From Podarcis gaigeae (taxonomy: Eukaryota): DNA of 64,000 bases. The notes beneath the pieces were generated by a model. It was not told where the DNA came from. It saw only the letters and a list, made by a program, of their open reading frames with translations, and did not search any database. Location of the stretch: assembly GCA_964106915.2 (NCBI GenBank), contig OZ066931.1; one strand, given 5' to 3'. A program made the translations under genes and the position numbers. Below, one piece after another: positions 48,354 through 63,095 of this stretch; within the stretch, counting starts at the first letter, position 1; the number at the start of each line of letters is the position of its first letter.

Positions 48354-49957
48354 CCAAAGAGCATGTAGAGGGACATGGGTATGTCATATTTTAATCTTGG
48401 ACGTCCTTGTTGACAACCCTGCAGCATCTGTGCCCCATATTATAAAGCACTTCAGTGCTGTCTGGATTTGGGGCTGACATGGGAGAAGCTGTGTGTGTGT
48501 CCTGATTTCTCTGCTTATTAGCTCTAGGCATTTTTGCATCAGAAGCAAACATAAAGAACAAAGTTGGAGCTCTCTGTGGCTGGAAGCAGGAAACGACTTC
48601 CGGCGTGTGCTGCCCACCTGTAGATCATTTCCAGAGTCCCAGCAATTTTGTGCACTCTCCTGCAAGTTCAGTACGGAACTCTTAACGATTAAAAAAAAAA
48701 GTCTTCATGCAAATCAAACAAAAATCTGATTTATTTACAAGTCAAGAAAACCAATCCACTGGATTAGAAAATTATCCATTATTTACACACAGCACAGTGG
48801 TAAGGTTCGGTGGCTAAGCAGAGGTTGGCATTTGAGCTGGAGGTTGCACAAGGCAAGGATGGCTTTGACCAATTAGGTGAAGCATTTGAGCAGTGGAGAG
48901 AAAGTCAGGGAACCAAAAAGTGAAGTTACAGAAGCAACGTTGATCCCAAGGGCACTATATACTTCTTCTCAGCCTGACAGGGCTTGCTGTAATGGAATAG
49001 CCTAGGCTAGAGGTCAAAGATCTCAAGACTGAGGGGAAAACGCCAGGAGTTCTAGCCTTCCACCAGTGTGATTGTGTACCTGTCTACTCTGACGTGCATT
49101 CAGTGGGACTCCCAGCTGTGTTTTCTGGGCCCATGGGAAAAACCTTTTTTTGTTGCTTCTCTCCCCCCAGACATAGAAAGTGTCCCCCCAGACACTTGCT
49201 TTCCCAAGGGGTCTAGATAAAAGTGAGATCCGGCTGAATTAAAACTGATCCTTGTGAATTTGCATGTGGAGTCCCACCCACTGCTCTGTCCCAGAAAGAA
49301 ACCCACCATCAAATCAAAACTTGTAGTGGTAGATGGCACAGCAAAAAGCACAGATTCTGTGCTAGGCAGAGCTCAAAACACATTAATCCATGGCACTTTT
49401 GCATTAATCCTTTTGGTTGCTGTGTAGAACGACGACAAAACCCGCCAACACATCACAGAACAGAGTGGTGACCTAGGACGATGGTTTTGAAGGACTCCCC
49501 TGTAGAAATTAGGCAGTCTCATAAGGACCTGTGCTTGGAACATTATTTTAGGGTCATAGCAACACTGGAAAGCTCAGGATCAGCAGCCCATTGGCCCATC
49601 TAGCCAGGGCTTGACTCACCATTAAGCAAAATAAGCCCATGCTTAGGGAAATTTTCCATTGCCAAATTTTTAACTTCAATGCACACTAATTGCTCAGTGG
49701 AGCATTCATTTTTTTCCAGCTAAAAATCGCAATTGAACAACTATGCAACAAGGCAGGCTGGATACCTTATCTCTACGAAGTATAGAACAGATCTGTTGTG
49801 TAATATTGGTTTTGAGGATCTGACCAAAGGCTTTGCTATTAGAAAAGGTAGAAGATTTCCCCCCACAAAATATAAATAAAGTGGAAGTGTACAGAAACAA
49901 GCATTATTTTCCATCTTACTGTAGGTTTTGTTTCAGTTCTAAACTAATTTTTTTTAT

Positions 49958-49992
<35 letters not shown>

Positions 49993-50559
49993 GCACCAAA
50001 ATATTTTAAGTGCTTGGGGCCTCTAAAGGTCTTAATCTGGCTCTGCATCTAAGCTCAGAATTGTCAACACTGGCTGGAAGCTGGTCTCCAGGAATTCAGA
50101 GAGGGGTCTCTTCCAGCCCCATCGGGAGATGCCAGGGATTGAATTTGAGACCTTTTGCATGCAAAGCAGGTGTCTTACCGCTGACCTACAGCCCTCGCCC
50201 AATAATTGTTATGGTTTGGACTTTAATGGTGGTTGGGGCATGTTTCAAGCATTGAAAAACTGCCTTTTAGAAAAGGTGAAGGCTGGAGAGCCGAATGAAT
50301 TTGCAAGCGCACTGGGGAGTCCAAGAGGTGTAGGGGATTAGTATGTTGGGTCATAGGAGAAGCAGGAAGAATTGCGTTCATTAGTAGGAGGCGAATGGAA
50401 AGCTGCCATCTGGATTTCCCACTTCAGGCACCCAAATCTCTTGGGCTAGTCATCAGTAGCTCAGTAAACCTTTCAGAGGAAGTTCTCAGGGGAGAGGGGG
50501 GGGTGACAATTTGTGTCTGCTGTGAATGGAGCCAGGCAGGTGGAAGATTATCTGTGGCG

Positions 50560-51311
50560 TTATTTTTTCTTCAGGGAGCCCTTTGGTTTCTTCTCCTTCC
50601 CTGAAGGACACTGCTTTTGCCCTTTTTCCTCTTTTTTGCCTAAATTCTCATACAGGGTTGCTTCATCCTTCTGCCTGTGAAAGGAGAATGGGGAAAACAC
50701 AACAGAAAGCAGAATGAGCACTCTTAACGATAACGGAACCTAGAATAAAGGAAGAGAGGGAGGAAGTACTGACTGGAAGATGGGGGTGGCTAAGCTGTAA
50801 GGCCAAGCCACGGCCTTGTGTTGTTTTATACGCTGCCATCTCTTAAAATACAGTGGACGCTCGGGTTGCAAATGTGAACCATGCAGGAAGCACGTTCGCA
50901 ACCCACAGCGTTCACAACCCGCAGTGGTGCGTCTGTGCATGTGCAAAGCGTGATTTAGCAACCCGGTCCGGTAGGTCTGGGTTTTGGCGGTCCGTAACCC
51001 AAAAAAAAACGCAACCTGAAGCATCTTGTAACCCGAGGTATGACTGTATCTGGGAAATATGTGGCAATATGTATTTCCATAAAACCCTAGTGAAAACAGC
51101 AGAAACTGATCATTGAAATTGTCCATCACATCATGCCATGTCCCCTTGGACCCAGCTGAGAGATGACATGGTGCATCAGGGACTGTTATTATGATTATTT
51201 TATCATTATGCTGTCTATGATTGTGCTTTGCATTTTTTTTTTTTATTATGCTCCATAACATGTATGCTGCCCTGGGACCTTTTGATAAAGGGTGGTATAT
51301 AAACTGTAGTT

Positions 51312-51359
<48 letters not shown>

Positions 51360-54300
51360 TTATCACAGCAGGTTGTTGCGTGAACTCAGCTTTGCAGTTT
51401 GGTGCTGGCACACATACTGCTGAGTCAGCACCTGAATCAGCAATTTGCTTTACATGCTGTGAAAATGGGCTAGTCCTTACTCTTGCCCCCAAGAACTCAA
51501 GCTTCAAGTGGACCATAGGTGCCAACTCCACAAAAATTCCCCATGAAGGGGTCATGCAACCCACAAATGTTGGTGCCAGGGCCATGCACACTGAGTGGCA
51601 CCCAAAGCCCTGGGCACCCACATTCGCTGGGCCAATTTGGCGCTCCTGGAGTGGTCTCTTTCATATTTTTCCCACTTTTTTTTTTACGCAGCTCAGATAA
51701 ACAGGAGGCTACCATTTCAGGAGCTAAATGAATAACATAAACAGAGAAATGTTTTGAAAATGGTTGCTAAAGTGTTCTGTGGATCCAGAGGGGAGCTGAT
51801 TGTGTGTCACCAGCCATTTCCTTGAGTCCCTTTTAAACTGAGCGATGCTGGGGGGAGGGGGCAGACTTCAGAGCCGGATTTTGCGCACGTTTTTGAGCTG
51901 CCCAAAGGGAGAACCATGTTAAATGGGTTTGGAGAGAGGACAGGAATGCCATTCCTAAAGCACCATCACTCCAAAAACATTACAGGTTGCCTTTGCCAAT
52001 GTTCTATTTATCTACACCGTGGGATAGTGACAACCAGGAGAGATGCTCTAACGGCTGCCATGGTTGCGTTCTTACTTAGAGGATTTTCGTGAAGCCTTTA
52101 TCTTCTGTGCAGGTGGGTAGGTTATATTCCCATATTCAGATTCGCTTGGTTTTCCTTTCGTAGTCTGCAGCAGAGAGAGAGAAATATATGTATAAATCTC
52201 TATATAAGGGGATTAATGGCATGGAGCACAGTGGCGCTGTGGTCCTTTGGGCAATGCAGTATTTCCTCGCACAGCGAGGGGCCCCATTTAGTCAGGAAGG
52301 AGAAGGTCAGAGGCAAAGCTGCAGGTGCAACCAAGGGGGGGGGGAGCAGAAGTAGAAAGTCATCCCCCCTTTTTCCTCCCCACGCTGCCTGACCTGCTAT
52401 CTCTGGGGGAAAACCTTCTCTTCTTGCTGTAACTCTGGGCCTCTCCAGGGCATTGGAGGGCTTACGACTGAGTCAAATGCAGACCAAAATGGCCATGCCA
52501 TTCCTAGCAAGTGTATAGCTGGCTGCTTTGGGGTCACACAGGGATTGTGCATGCACACACACACACACATGCACATAGATACCTGGGGTGAACTTTGCAA
52601 TGCCTAATTATACAAGTTGCTAGAATCTGAATGTCTGTCGCCAGCAACATTGCCATAAGAGGTGTGTCACCCAGCTAGGGCTAGGTAAAAGGTAAAGGTA
52701 AAGGACTCCTGGACGGTTAAGTCCAGTCAAAGGTGACTATGGAGTTGCGGTGCTCATCTTGCTTTCAGGCCGAGGGAGCCGGCGTTTGTCAACAGACAGC
52801 TTTCTGGGTTATGTGGCCAGCATGACTAAACCGCTTCTGGCGCAACGGAACACCGTGATGGAAACCAGAGCGCACGGAAACACCATTTACCTTCCCGCCA
52901 GAGTGGTACCTATTTATCTACTTGCACTGGCATGCTTTTGAACTGCTAGGTTGGCAGGAGCTGGGACCGAGCAACAGGAGCTCACTCCGTTGCAGGGATT
53001 CGAACTGCCGACCTTCTGATCGGCAAGCCCAAGAAGCTCAGTGGTTTAGCCCACAGCTCCACCCGCGTCCCAATTACGATCTCCTTGAGGATGTGGGGCA
53101 TCTTCCGTAAAGGAGAAGATGCTAATGATAGTGACCACCGCATGCCAGTCCCATACCTGCATAACATCCAGCTTCTTCTTAGTGGTCTCTATGAACTGGC
53201 AGATAGCCATGTAGATGAACTTGTACTGTGCTTCGGTCTGCACCATGCCTGAGCGCTGGGAGCGAACCATCTGAATGGCCTTTGGGATGTCAATATCACA
53301 GTCAAACCCTGGAAGGAAGTAAAAGGGGGAGGTGGAATGTGGATAGCTCAGTTGGTTAGAGCGTGGTGCTGCTAGCACCAAGGTTCCAGCTTCAATCCCC
53401 GCTTGGGGCTGGACTAGATGATCCTCAGGACCCCTTCCAACTTTGATTCTATAGTGTAATAAATAAACGGGGGAAGAAGTCGTTCAAGACTTACAGGCCT
53501 ATCGTAAGCAAGTGGCACTGAATAAAACAGGGCTTGCTCCCAAGTAAGCATGCATGGGATTGCTGTCTTTATTTTTCCTTGCACACGGCACTAAGAGCAA
53601 CATATAAGTTATGAAATATAAAACATCACATTCCATAATAAAATATTCTGTAGCAAGCATAGGAATAATGCAGGCCCTGATCCAGCAAAGTATGTTTATG
53701 TTCCACTGATCTCATTAGGAGGGATGTGTAGCCCAATCCTATGCATGCTTACTCGGAAGTAGGTCCTGCTGAATTCATTCGTGCTTTCTCCCAGAGCTAG
53801 CAGCAGTTTTAGACATGTGCTCAAGTCTCCCACTGAGCTCAATGCTCGTCCATGAATGGTCGAGATACACCTATCGAAGACATCTAGCTGCTGGAGGTGG
53901 GATAATGCTTCCCTGATGTACAAATGTTTGTACAATGTCCTACATCGAAAAATTTTCTGGCAGAAGGTCATAGAGACGGTTGACATGACTGTACGGAACA
54001 ATCTTAAATTTGCAGAGGAGAATGTCCTTTTGAGTTATATACCCAACATATGGAATCTAAGAAGGGGACAATATAAATGGACTCCCCACAGCCTTTGTAC
54101 GGCAAAAAGACAGGTACTGATGAACTGGAAAAATAAAGATGAGGATCCCTTTAATGACTGAAGATATGTACAAACTCGCTACACATGAACAAGTTGTGTA
54201 CAAACGTGGACTTGCCATGGACAAATTTAACAATATTTGGTTAACTACAATAACAATTCCCCCCCGCTTTTTTGTAAAGTATACAATATCTTTTTTGTTG

Positions 54301-57300
54301 TTGTTCTGTTCTGTTTTCTACATGGGTACTATTGTTTCTTCTTCTGCGAGTCTTATTTTACTCTGTGCACTTGTAATTTTGTATTATTTTTTTTTACTTT
54401 TCAATAAAGAATACAAAATAACAACAAGAAGATGCACATCTTTACCCAGGCTCCCCGCCCCCCCGCTCCTGCTGTGCTGCTACAATGTTACTTTGCTATT
54501 GATTATTGGTTTTAGTTCATGGTTATAATGTAATTTGTACTGGGTTTTAATTCACCCTTGCTACTCAAGAGGGCAAACAGGGGATGGGAAGTCCTGTGTC
54601 ATTTATGGGACAGGCTTTGGCTGTTTTCGTTTTCCCATCTACGTGACCAGGAAGGCAAGGGGCTTAACCCTGGCCAGCGGGAAAGAGGGACCAAGGAATT
54701 GAATAGCCACTAGGATGGAAAACAAGAAGTGACCTAACCTTTGATGGAGATCAAATCCACAATCATATCGATGACTATGATGGTCCCGGTGCGACCAATC
54801 CCAGCACTGTAGGGAGAGATGGAGATTAGGGAGACATGCGGCAGTATGTTCTACATGCAGAAAAGAGACAAGGCTTCGCTTGCTAGAACCTACCAAGCCG
54901 CAGTTAGTCCAAGACTGTAGTTAGAGCAGCAGTCTCTGGACATCTGCATTTCCCTTCCCAGGTTGCCTTTGTGCCCACAACATCCAGTATAAAGGTAAAG
55001 GGGCCCCTGACCATTAGATCCAGTCGTGACCGACTCTGGGGTTGCGGCGCTCATCTCGCTTTACTGGCCGAGGGAGCCAGCACACAGCTTCCGGGTCATG
55101 TGGCCAGCATGACTAAGCCGCTTCTGGCGAGCCAGAGCAACGTACGGAAACACCGTTTACCTTCCTGCCGGAGCGGTACCTATTTATCTACTTGCACTTT
55201 GACGTGCTTTTGAACTGCTAGGTTGGCAGGTGCAGGGACCGAGCAACGAGAGCTCACCCCGTCGCGGGAATTTGAACCACCAACCTTCTGATTGGCAAGT
55301 CCTAGGCTCTGTGGTTTAACCCACAGCACCACCCGCATCCCAACATCCAGTATACTTAGGTATCTATTGCCTCTATATAGGGAGGTTTCACTTGGCTCTT
55401 ATGGCTAGTGGTTGCTGATAGATCCACCGCCCTCCATGAATCTGCCTTGTCCTTTTTGAAAAATTATTTTACGTAAATATCCCTGCTTGAAAGATTAACA
55501 AATAGACTACAGTTGACATGCAGGTAGATAAAAGAAGATGGCTTTATCCCAGTGTGGTTTAATTTCATAGCATATGGCAGTATTCCAGAAAATGAAAAAT
55601 CCCTCCCCCATCAAAATTAGGCTCAATCTGGTTGATCTAAATTTAAACATAGAGTATTATATTTGCTTTGAACCCCTCTCCCATGTTCATTAATATAGGT
55701 AAAGGTAAAGGGACCCCTGACCATTAGGTCCAGCCGTGGCTGACTCTGGGGTTGCGGCGCTCATCTTGCTTTACTGGCCGAAGGAGCCGGCGTACAGCTT
55801 CCGGGTCTTGTGGCCAGCATGACTAAGCTGCTTCTGGCAAACCAGAGCAGCGCACGGAAACGCCATTTACCTTCCCACCGGAGTGGTACCTATTTATCTA
55901 CTTGCACTTTGACGTACCTTTGGACAGCTAGGTTGGCAGGAGCAGGGACTGAGCAACAGGAGCTCACCCCGTCGCGGGGATTCGAACCGCCGACCTTCTG
56001 ATCGGCAAGTCCTAGGCTATGTGGTTTAACCCACAGCGCCACCAGCGTCCCCGTTCATTAATATACCAACACTTTATTTTGTTTCATTGGCAACACAAGA
56101 GGAAAAGTGACTACTTAATCTTAATCTGAGCACAACCACAAGGGCTCCTGATTAGGCTACGCGAAGCTGAACATTATCTGTTAATTTTCTTCTATCCTGT
56201 TTTATATTTGCTTTTGTTTAAACCAAGTTCATGAACCGAGAACTTATACATTGACCACTAATAATGAACCAAATGTTGCAGATATCACTGTGAATTTATT
56301 ACACTGTTTTTGTGATATACAAATGGCATGAGAAGACTTGGTCTGTTTATTTGTATTATTTATTATTCCTATTATAAAGCCCAATAATAAGTGATTCCAA
56401 ATAAAAAATAAAACAGCAGTGATCAGCACTTCTTGTGGAATGTACCCGTTAAGACTTATGAGCGGATGCCAAAATTTATCGCTGGTTTATATACCGGCAC
56501 TGTGATATTTCCCCAGTTTATTTTACTGATCGTTAGAGAATAGATTCCTGTTTGCTGCATATCCAGCAGTGAATTAACAGTGGTTCCAACTCACTCACCT
56601 GCAATGAACTATTATGGGTCCAGCTCCAGGGATGCTCTCCTGCTTCTGATTGACTTGGTCAAGAAAACCCAGAACTCCTCCAGGCTCACTGGGCACTCCA
56701 TGGTCAGGCCAGCTCAGGTACTGGTAATGCCAAATGTCTCGCACAGCCTCACTCTGGCAGGGGGCAACAACATCACACCCTCATGTGGGTTCGTGCCTGC
56801 AGCTCCTTTGTCTATCCCTCAACCCACCGTCTTGCTCTCTCCCATCACGCTTACAGTCAGAGAAAGCAGCCCAAGGATCTCCTAACTCTCGGCCCTGATG
56901 GCTGGAGGAATGAGATGACCCGGCTCCTCTCTGTATGTCTCCCAGAGGCTTTGATGACTTTCTCCAGAGAGGGGAGGCAGACAAATCTGACCCCCGAGGG
57001 ACAGTCCGCAAGCAAGTTCTTCTGCACAAGCCCCATAAGAGGCTTTTATTTCAAGAGGAGAACTTTAGACTGGATGCAACCCATCTCTTATGCCACCCCC
57101 CAACTGAAGTCCATCTGAAGAGCCTGGTGGGCCCAAGCAGATTCCTGCTGTCTCCACATATTGGCTATTAGAGGAGCTTCACCTGTTAAGATGCATTTTG
57201 TCTGTCTGCTGTACAGTGGTACCTCAGGTTACATACGCTTCAAGTTACAGACTCCGGTAACCCAGAAATAGTGCTTCAGGTTAAGAACTTTGCTTCAGGA

Positions 57301-59477
57301 TGAGAACAGAAATCAGGCTCCGGCAGCACGGCAGCAGCAGGAGGCCCCATTAGCTAAAGTGGTGCTTCAGGTTAAGAGCAGTTTCAGGTTAAGAACAGAC
57401 CTCCGGAACGAATTAAGTACTTAACTCGAGGTACCACTGTAATTATCCCGGAGCCGATTAGTAACAGCGTCAGTGTTGCACAGGCCTTGAGGTCCCAGAT
57501 TCACAAAGGTGTTCAGGCGAAAATGGTAAAAATGGAAGTCTGAACCTCTGGAGTCGCTTGGAGGAAAGCGAATGAAGCTGCCCACAGAGGCATTGTGGGA
57601 TGGGGTGGGGGAAGAAAGAGGAAACGCAGAACCAGCAGCAAACATTTCAGGGGACTAGCAATTGTTTTCGTAGAATATATATGATTCATGTGCTCCGTTA
57701 TTACAGAGGATGCAGCTGGAATCACAGCCAAACTGCAGCACCCCAGTGTTTTTGTTTCATTTTGTTTGTTTTTTAAAACGTAATTATTAATTTTTCACAA
57801 AGAAAAAATAACTTTGCAAATTTTAATATACTTTACAAATTTTATATACTTTTAAAATATTAAAAGTATGAGTAGATTGTGTGCCAGAGATGGAGATGGA
57901 ATAGCAAACATCCAGGTGTTGGGCAAAATGCTGGGATATTTTTTCCTGCAGGTCCTTATTTTCAGCAATATTTGTAGCGATCAGGGCCATCTTTACCCAG
58001 GTATGCAAGGGGTGCGCGGCACCCAGGTGCCGAATTATGGGGGGGAGCCAAATGTATACCTACTGTATACCAGTCCCTCTCAATCGGCAGCAGTGAAAAG
58101 CAATGGAGCAAAAGTCTCCTCTGCCCCCCTCCTCCATCGCTCTGATACTCCCCCCCCCCAAAAAAAAAGGTCAACAACTTTGGCTTCCCCCCTCCCAAGA
58201 AAAGCTCAATGGAAGTTAATTTGGGGGCACCTAAACTAAATTTGGTGGCGCTGGACGGATCTTTGTACCCCGGCGGCACATATGCTAAAGACAGCCCTGG
58301 TAGCGATAATAGTAGTCATTGAACGTTCCCCAGCCTTGGTGTACTCACATTGTGGACTGATGAAAGGCAGAGCTGTCGGAGTTTATATTCTAAGGCATCA
58401 TGTTCTCCGATGTTTTCCACAATGTACGGCCCATACTCTTTGCTGCTGCCCACCTCTGGCCAGTAAGGGACACATTTGTTCTGTTAGGAAACAGAAAGCA
58501 GGTTTTGATGGGTGACAGTGGGAACAACTGGAATCTTTGGCCGGCCTTGAATGACTCCTGCAAGGTGACATAACTTATGGATATATTGGATAAGTAATTA
58601 ATATTACTTATTAATATAGAAGTTAATATAGAATTGTAAAGAACCCACGTTTGGGTGGAGGGAAGTCTTAATACTTTACTATATAATTTTATTTCATTTT
58701 CAGCATTTAAGGATTTTTTTCTTCTCCTTTTGTACATCTCTGATGGGAAATGATAATTGTGATGTATACTAAAAAAATCAATAAAGATTAAATACCTCCC
58801 CCCAAAAAGAAAGAAAGTGGGAAGAAGATCACAGCTTATCCTCTTCACCTAAAGCAAAACTTGGAAGGAAATCTACCAAAATAACCACCTGAGGAGGGTG
58901 AGAGTTCAGTAACACCTTACATGCAAACAGCACACGGGTAATAAAAAAACGATTTGACTACTCCTTCACCAGAGTGATTTGGAAGAGAGAAGCAGCAGCA
59001 GGGAGACAGGAAGGAAGTCCTTAAATCAGGGATAGTCAATGTGGCCCCATCCAAATATTGCTGACTATAACTTCTGTCACCTCAGGCTATTGGCCATGCT
59101 GGCTGGGGCTGATGGGCATTTTATGTAATTAATTAATTAATATCCTGCCCTTTACCCCAAAGGAGCATTCTAAAAGCATCCTAAAAACCAGTGAGCTCAG
59201 GGTTGCCAGAAACAGTGAACTTTCAGGCATCCAAAGTTTGAGTGTTTATTTATTTATTTATCCCCCCCAGAAGTCAATAATCAGGGAGACAAGCACACCT
59301 CACCAGGGACGGCATATCACAAATGAGGGACCACCATCAAAAAGGCCTACATCATCTGACAGGGAGCACCACTGCATCATTCTCTTGGTTCTTGGTTTGT
59401 ATCATTCCACAGTCCTGGTTCCCCCTCCCCGAAAAACCCCATGGTTCCCCAACATCCACTTTCCCACCTTGTGCATG

Positions 59478-59522
<45 letters not shown>

Positions 59523-62500
59523 TTTATTTATACCCCGCCCTCTCCAGCCAGAGCCCAACTCAGGGTGGCTAACACCAGTAAAATTACAGTAAAAACATAA
59601 TAGGAAAGAAAAAACCAATTTAAAATACAGCTTAAAATGCAATTTAAAATGCAGCCTCATTTTAAAAGTAGCCCATAGATCAAAACCATAAGGGGAGGGA
59701 AACATAAGGGTCAGACTGAGTCCAAGCCAAAGGCCAGGCAGAACAGCTCTGTCTTGCAGGCCCTGCAGAAAGATGTCAAGTCTCGCAGGGCCCTAGTCTC
59801 TTGTGACAGAGCGTTCCACCAAGTTGGGGCCAGTACTGAAAAGGGCCTGGCCCTAGTTGAGATCAATCTAACCACCTTGCAAAATGTTGTCATTTGTGGA
59901 CCTTAAGGTCCTCTGAGGTGCACACCAGGAGAGGCAGTCCCGTAGGTACGAGGGTCCAGGGCTTTAAAGGTCAAAACCAGCACCTTAAACCTGACCCTGT
60001 ACTCCACTGGGAGCCAGTGCAGTTGGTAAAGCACTGGATGAATGTGATCCCGTGGCAAGGACCCTGTAAGGAACCTCGCCGTGACATTCTGCACCCGCTG
60101 GAGTTTCTGGGTTAGCTTCAAGTGCAGCCCTGCGTAGAGCGAGTTACGATAATCAAGCCTGGAGGTGACTGCCACATGGATCACTGTGGCCAGATCAGGG
60201 CGAGAAACCCCACAGGTCAGCAAAGTGGTAGGAAGGGAAGGGTTAACATGAAAAGGTGAAGCAGTTCTCTGCTGGAACTGAGCTTTTCACCAAAGAAATT
60301 GGCTGTTGTGCATCGTTTGTGTGGAATGTTTGGCAGCACCTTCAGCCCTAGAAATCTTCCAAGGGAGTTTCTCACAATTCTGGAGGAGATGAAGACCAAG
60401 CAAGAAAGATGTAATGTATGCTGAGAAGGTGGAGGACTGGATGGAGGGGAATATCCCCCCCTTGCCCCTCCTTACCCTTCCTTTCTCCACTTCTCGAGTG
60501 GTCATCACAATGATCCGTGAGTTTTCTTGCCACACCATCTGCCAGAAATCGTTGGTGGTGGCATCTAGGCAACCTTGGCTGGCGATGTAAGTTTTGCTGC
60601 ATTCCTCAGGGCTGAATAGCTTGTTCTGCGAGTGAGCAAACAGGTAAAATATAAAGGGCCTGGAGCGAAAATCCGCCACCACCGCCACCACCCTTCTTTC
60701 TGGAAGACATGACTCAGCTCCTCACCTTGATGTAGTTGGCATTTATATAATCCGACCCAGGTTCTCTGTCTTGGAGGATGACTCGAGAGTGGTCAACTAA
60801 AAGAAGAGGCAGCACAGTTAGTATGTCTCTTAAGGAATGTCCTATGCAACAGGGGCTTTTGCAATCCACTCTCTGCAGGGCTCAAGGCGCAAACAGAGGT
60901 TGCAGCATGTGCCCTGTGACCGGGGCTGGATTTAGGTTTGATGAGGCCCTAAGTTACTGAAAGGGGACGCGGGTGGCGCTGTGGGTTAAACCGCTGAGCC
61001 TCTTGGGCTTGTCGATCAGAAGGTCGGCGGTTCGAATCCCCGTGACGGGGTGAGCTCCCGTTGCTCGGTCCCTGCTCCTGCCAACCTAGCAGTTCAAAAG
61101 CACGTCAAAGTGCAAGTAGATAAATAGGTACCGCTCTGGTGGGAAGGTAAACGGTGTTTCTGTGCGCTGCTCTGGTTCGCCAGAAGCGGCTTAGTCATGC
61201 TGGCCACATGACCTGGAAGCTGTACGCCGGCTCCCTCGGCTAGTAAAGGGAGATGAGCGCCGCAACCCCAGAGTCGGCCATGACTGGACCTAATGGTCAG
61301 GGGTCCCTTTACCTTTACCTTAAGTTACTGAAGGTAATGGGGCCCTTAATATGTCCAGCTGTCCTTGTCAACAACAAATTGTCACTGTTTTTTGTGTTGA
61401 ATATATGCTCTTCCCTCCCCCTCCCCTTTTATGAAGATTACCCACTCTGAGACCCCACAGCTAATTCTCCCCTGGCCTCCTCGCTGGCCCAAGTAGGACT
61501 AATTCAGCCAGCTAGCCCTGGTGACTATCTAATGCTTACTAGATGGATTTCCCCCAAATTGATTTCTGAACTTCGAATTTTATTGTTATTCATGTTTTTA
61601 TACTGTATTTTATGCTGCTTTTACAATTAAGTGTTTTAAATTTGTTGTTAGCCCTGAGCCTGGTTTTTTGAACCGGGAAGGGCGGGGTATAACTAAAAAA
61701 ATATTATTATTATATGGTAATTTATGGACCTACACAACACAAAACACTATTGCTGTATGTAGGTTTTCTTTTATTTGTTTTTTATCTTGTATTTTGGAAA
61801 TGTACATCCAGTTTTCCCCCCTTTAAATATTTTGGAGCCCCCTAAGAGAGTGAGTCCTAAGCTATAGCTTGTTTGGCTTATACGTAAATCCGACACTACC
61901 TGTGACCAGTGCTATTTTTCTAGAAAAAGAGGTGCCAGAACTCACCATGAACACCTCCCTCATTCTCCTAGAATGGCAATGGAGCCCACCTGAGAGGTGC
62001 CGGAACTGAGTTCTGGCTGAAAAAAAGCACTGCCTCAGACTCCTCTGGCACTTGATTCTGTGGCCTGTGTAGGCCCAGCTTCTGGGTCAAGATGATAGGT
62101 GGAACTCCAGACTCACATGGCAAAATGTTCTTATAGCGGTTCTTGCCCTTGTTTTCTGGTCTTTGGCCCTCATGCCGTTCATACAAGTTCTTCGTCTCTT
62201 GTTTCTGCAAGCTCTGAAAGGGGAAGAGGCATGGAGGAGTGTTTAATAAGGGCAAGCATGGCTTACAGCTGGAGGAGAGAAAGAGATCTGAAAACTGGGA
62301 TTCATAGGTTCAGCTTATCCGTGGGGTTGCTAAGAGGTGCTGTTAGCGCTTGCCTGTGGATTGGAGGCAGGAGGCACAGGAACAAGAAGTGACCATCAGG
62401 AAGCATCTCTCAAGCATGAGGAAGCATCCATGTTTACCCTCACCCACACCTCCCTCTCTTGCATCAAAAGTGAAATAATCAGTGTCTTGGGCAGGTGTTT

Positions 62501-63064
62501 TTGCTTGTGATGTACCATACACATCGGTGACACTGTGATAATCTCCAGCACTGTCGTTGGTTGTCTCCCAAGTTGGCAAGGCTCACTTGACATCAACACT
62601 AGGCCTGGACAATACAGTGGTACCTTGTTTTGAGTCCGGGATCTGTTCCGGAGCCCCAGACACTAGATGAAAAGGATGCACAACAAAGCGCCGCTCTGCA
62701 CATGTGCATGGAGCGGTTTGTGCTTCTGTGCATGTGCAAAGGGCGATTTAGCGCTTCTGTGCGAGCGGCAAACCCGGAAGTAACCCATTCCGGTACTTCT
62801 GGGTTTGCCGCGAACATTCGACAAAATGAACGCTCGATGAGGCGGACTCAAAATGAGGTACCACTGTATATCAATATATCGTCCCAAACCAGTTTGAAGT
62901 CCATACTGTGATATTGGTTACATAGTTTTTGACCTGGCAATATATCACGAATCATGATGCGTGCTAGGGCTGGGCGATATATCGTCCAAAACCAATTTCA
63001 AGTCTATATCATAAAATTGGTTTTTTTATATATAATTTTTGACCTGACAATGTATTGCAACTCA

Positions 63065-63095
<31 letters not shown>

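Noticed and set aside
49911-49930. CATCTTACTG resembling a miR-200 5p arm
   Set aside because: Wrong strand for the syntenic cluster and no complementary 3p arm.
50740-51700. 293-aa and 159-aa ORFs with poly-L and poly-N
   Set aside because: Chance ORFs running through a (TAA)n microsatellite and a MITE.
53341-53410. tRNA-Ile-like sequence (also at 19676)
   Set aside because: Acceptor stem, anticodon arm and T arm are degenerate and it is fused to a CR1-like tail, so it is a SINE head rather than a tRNA gene.
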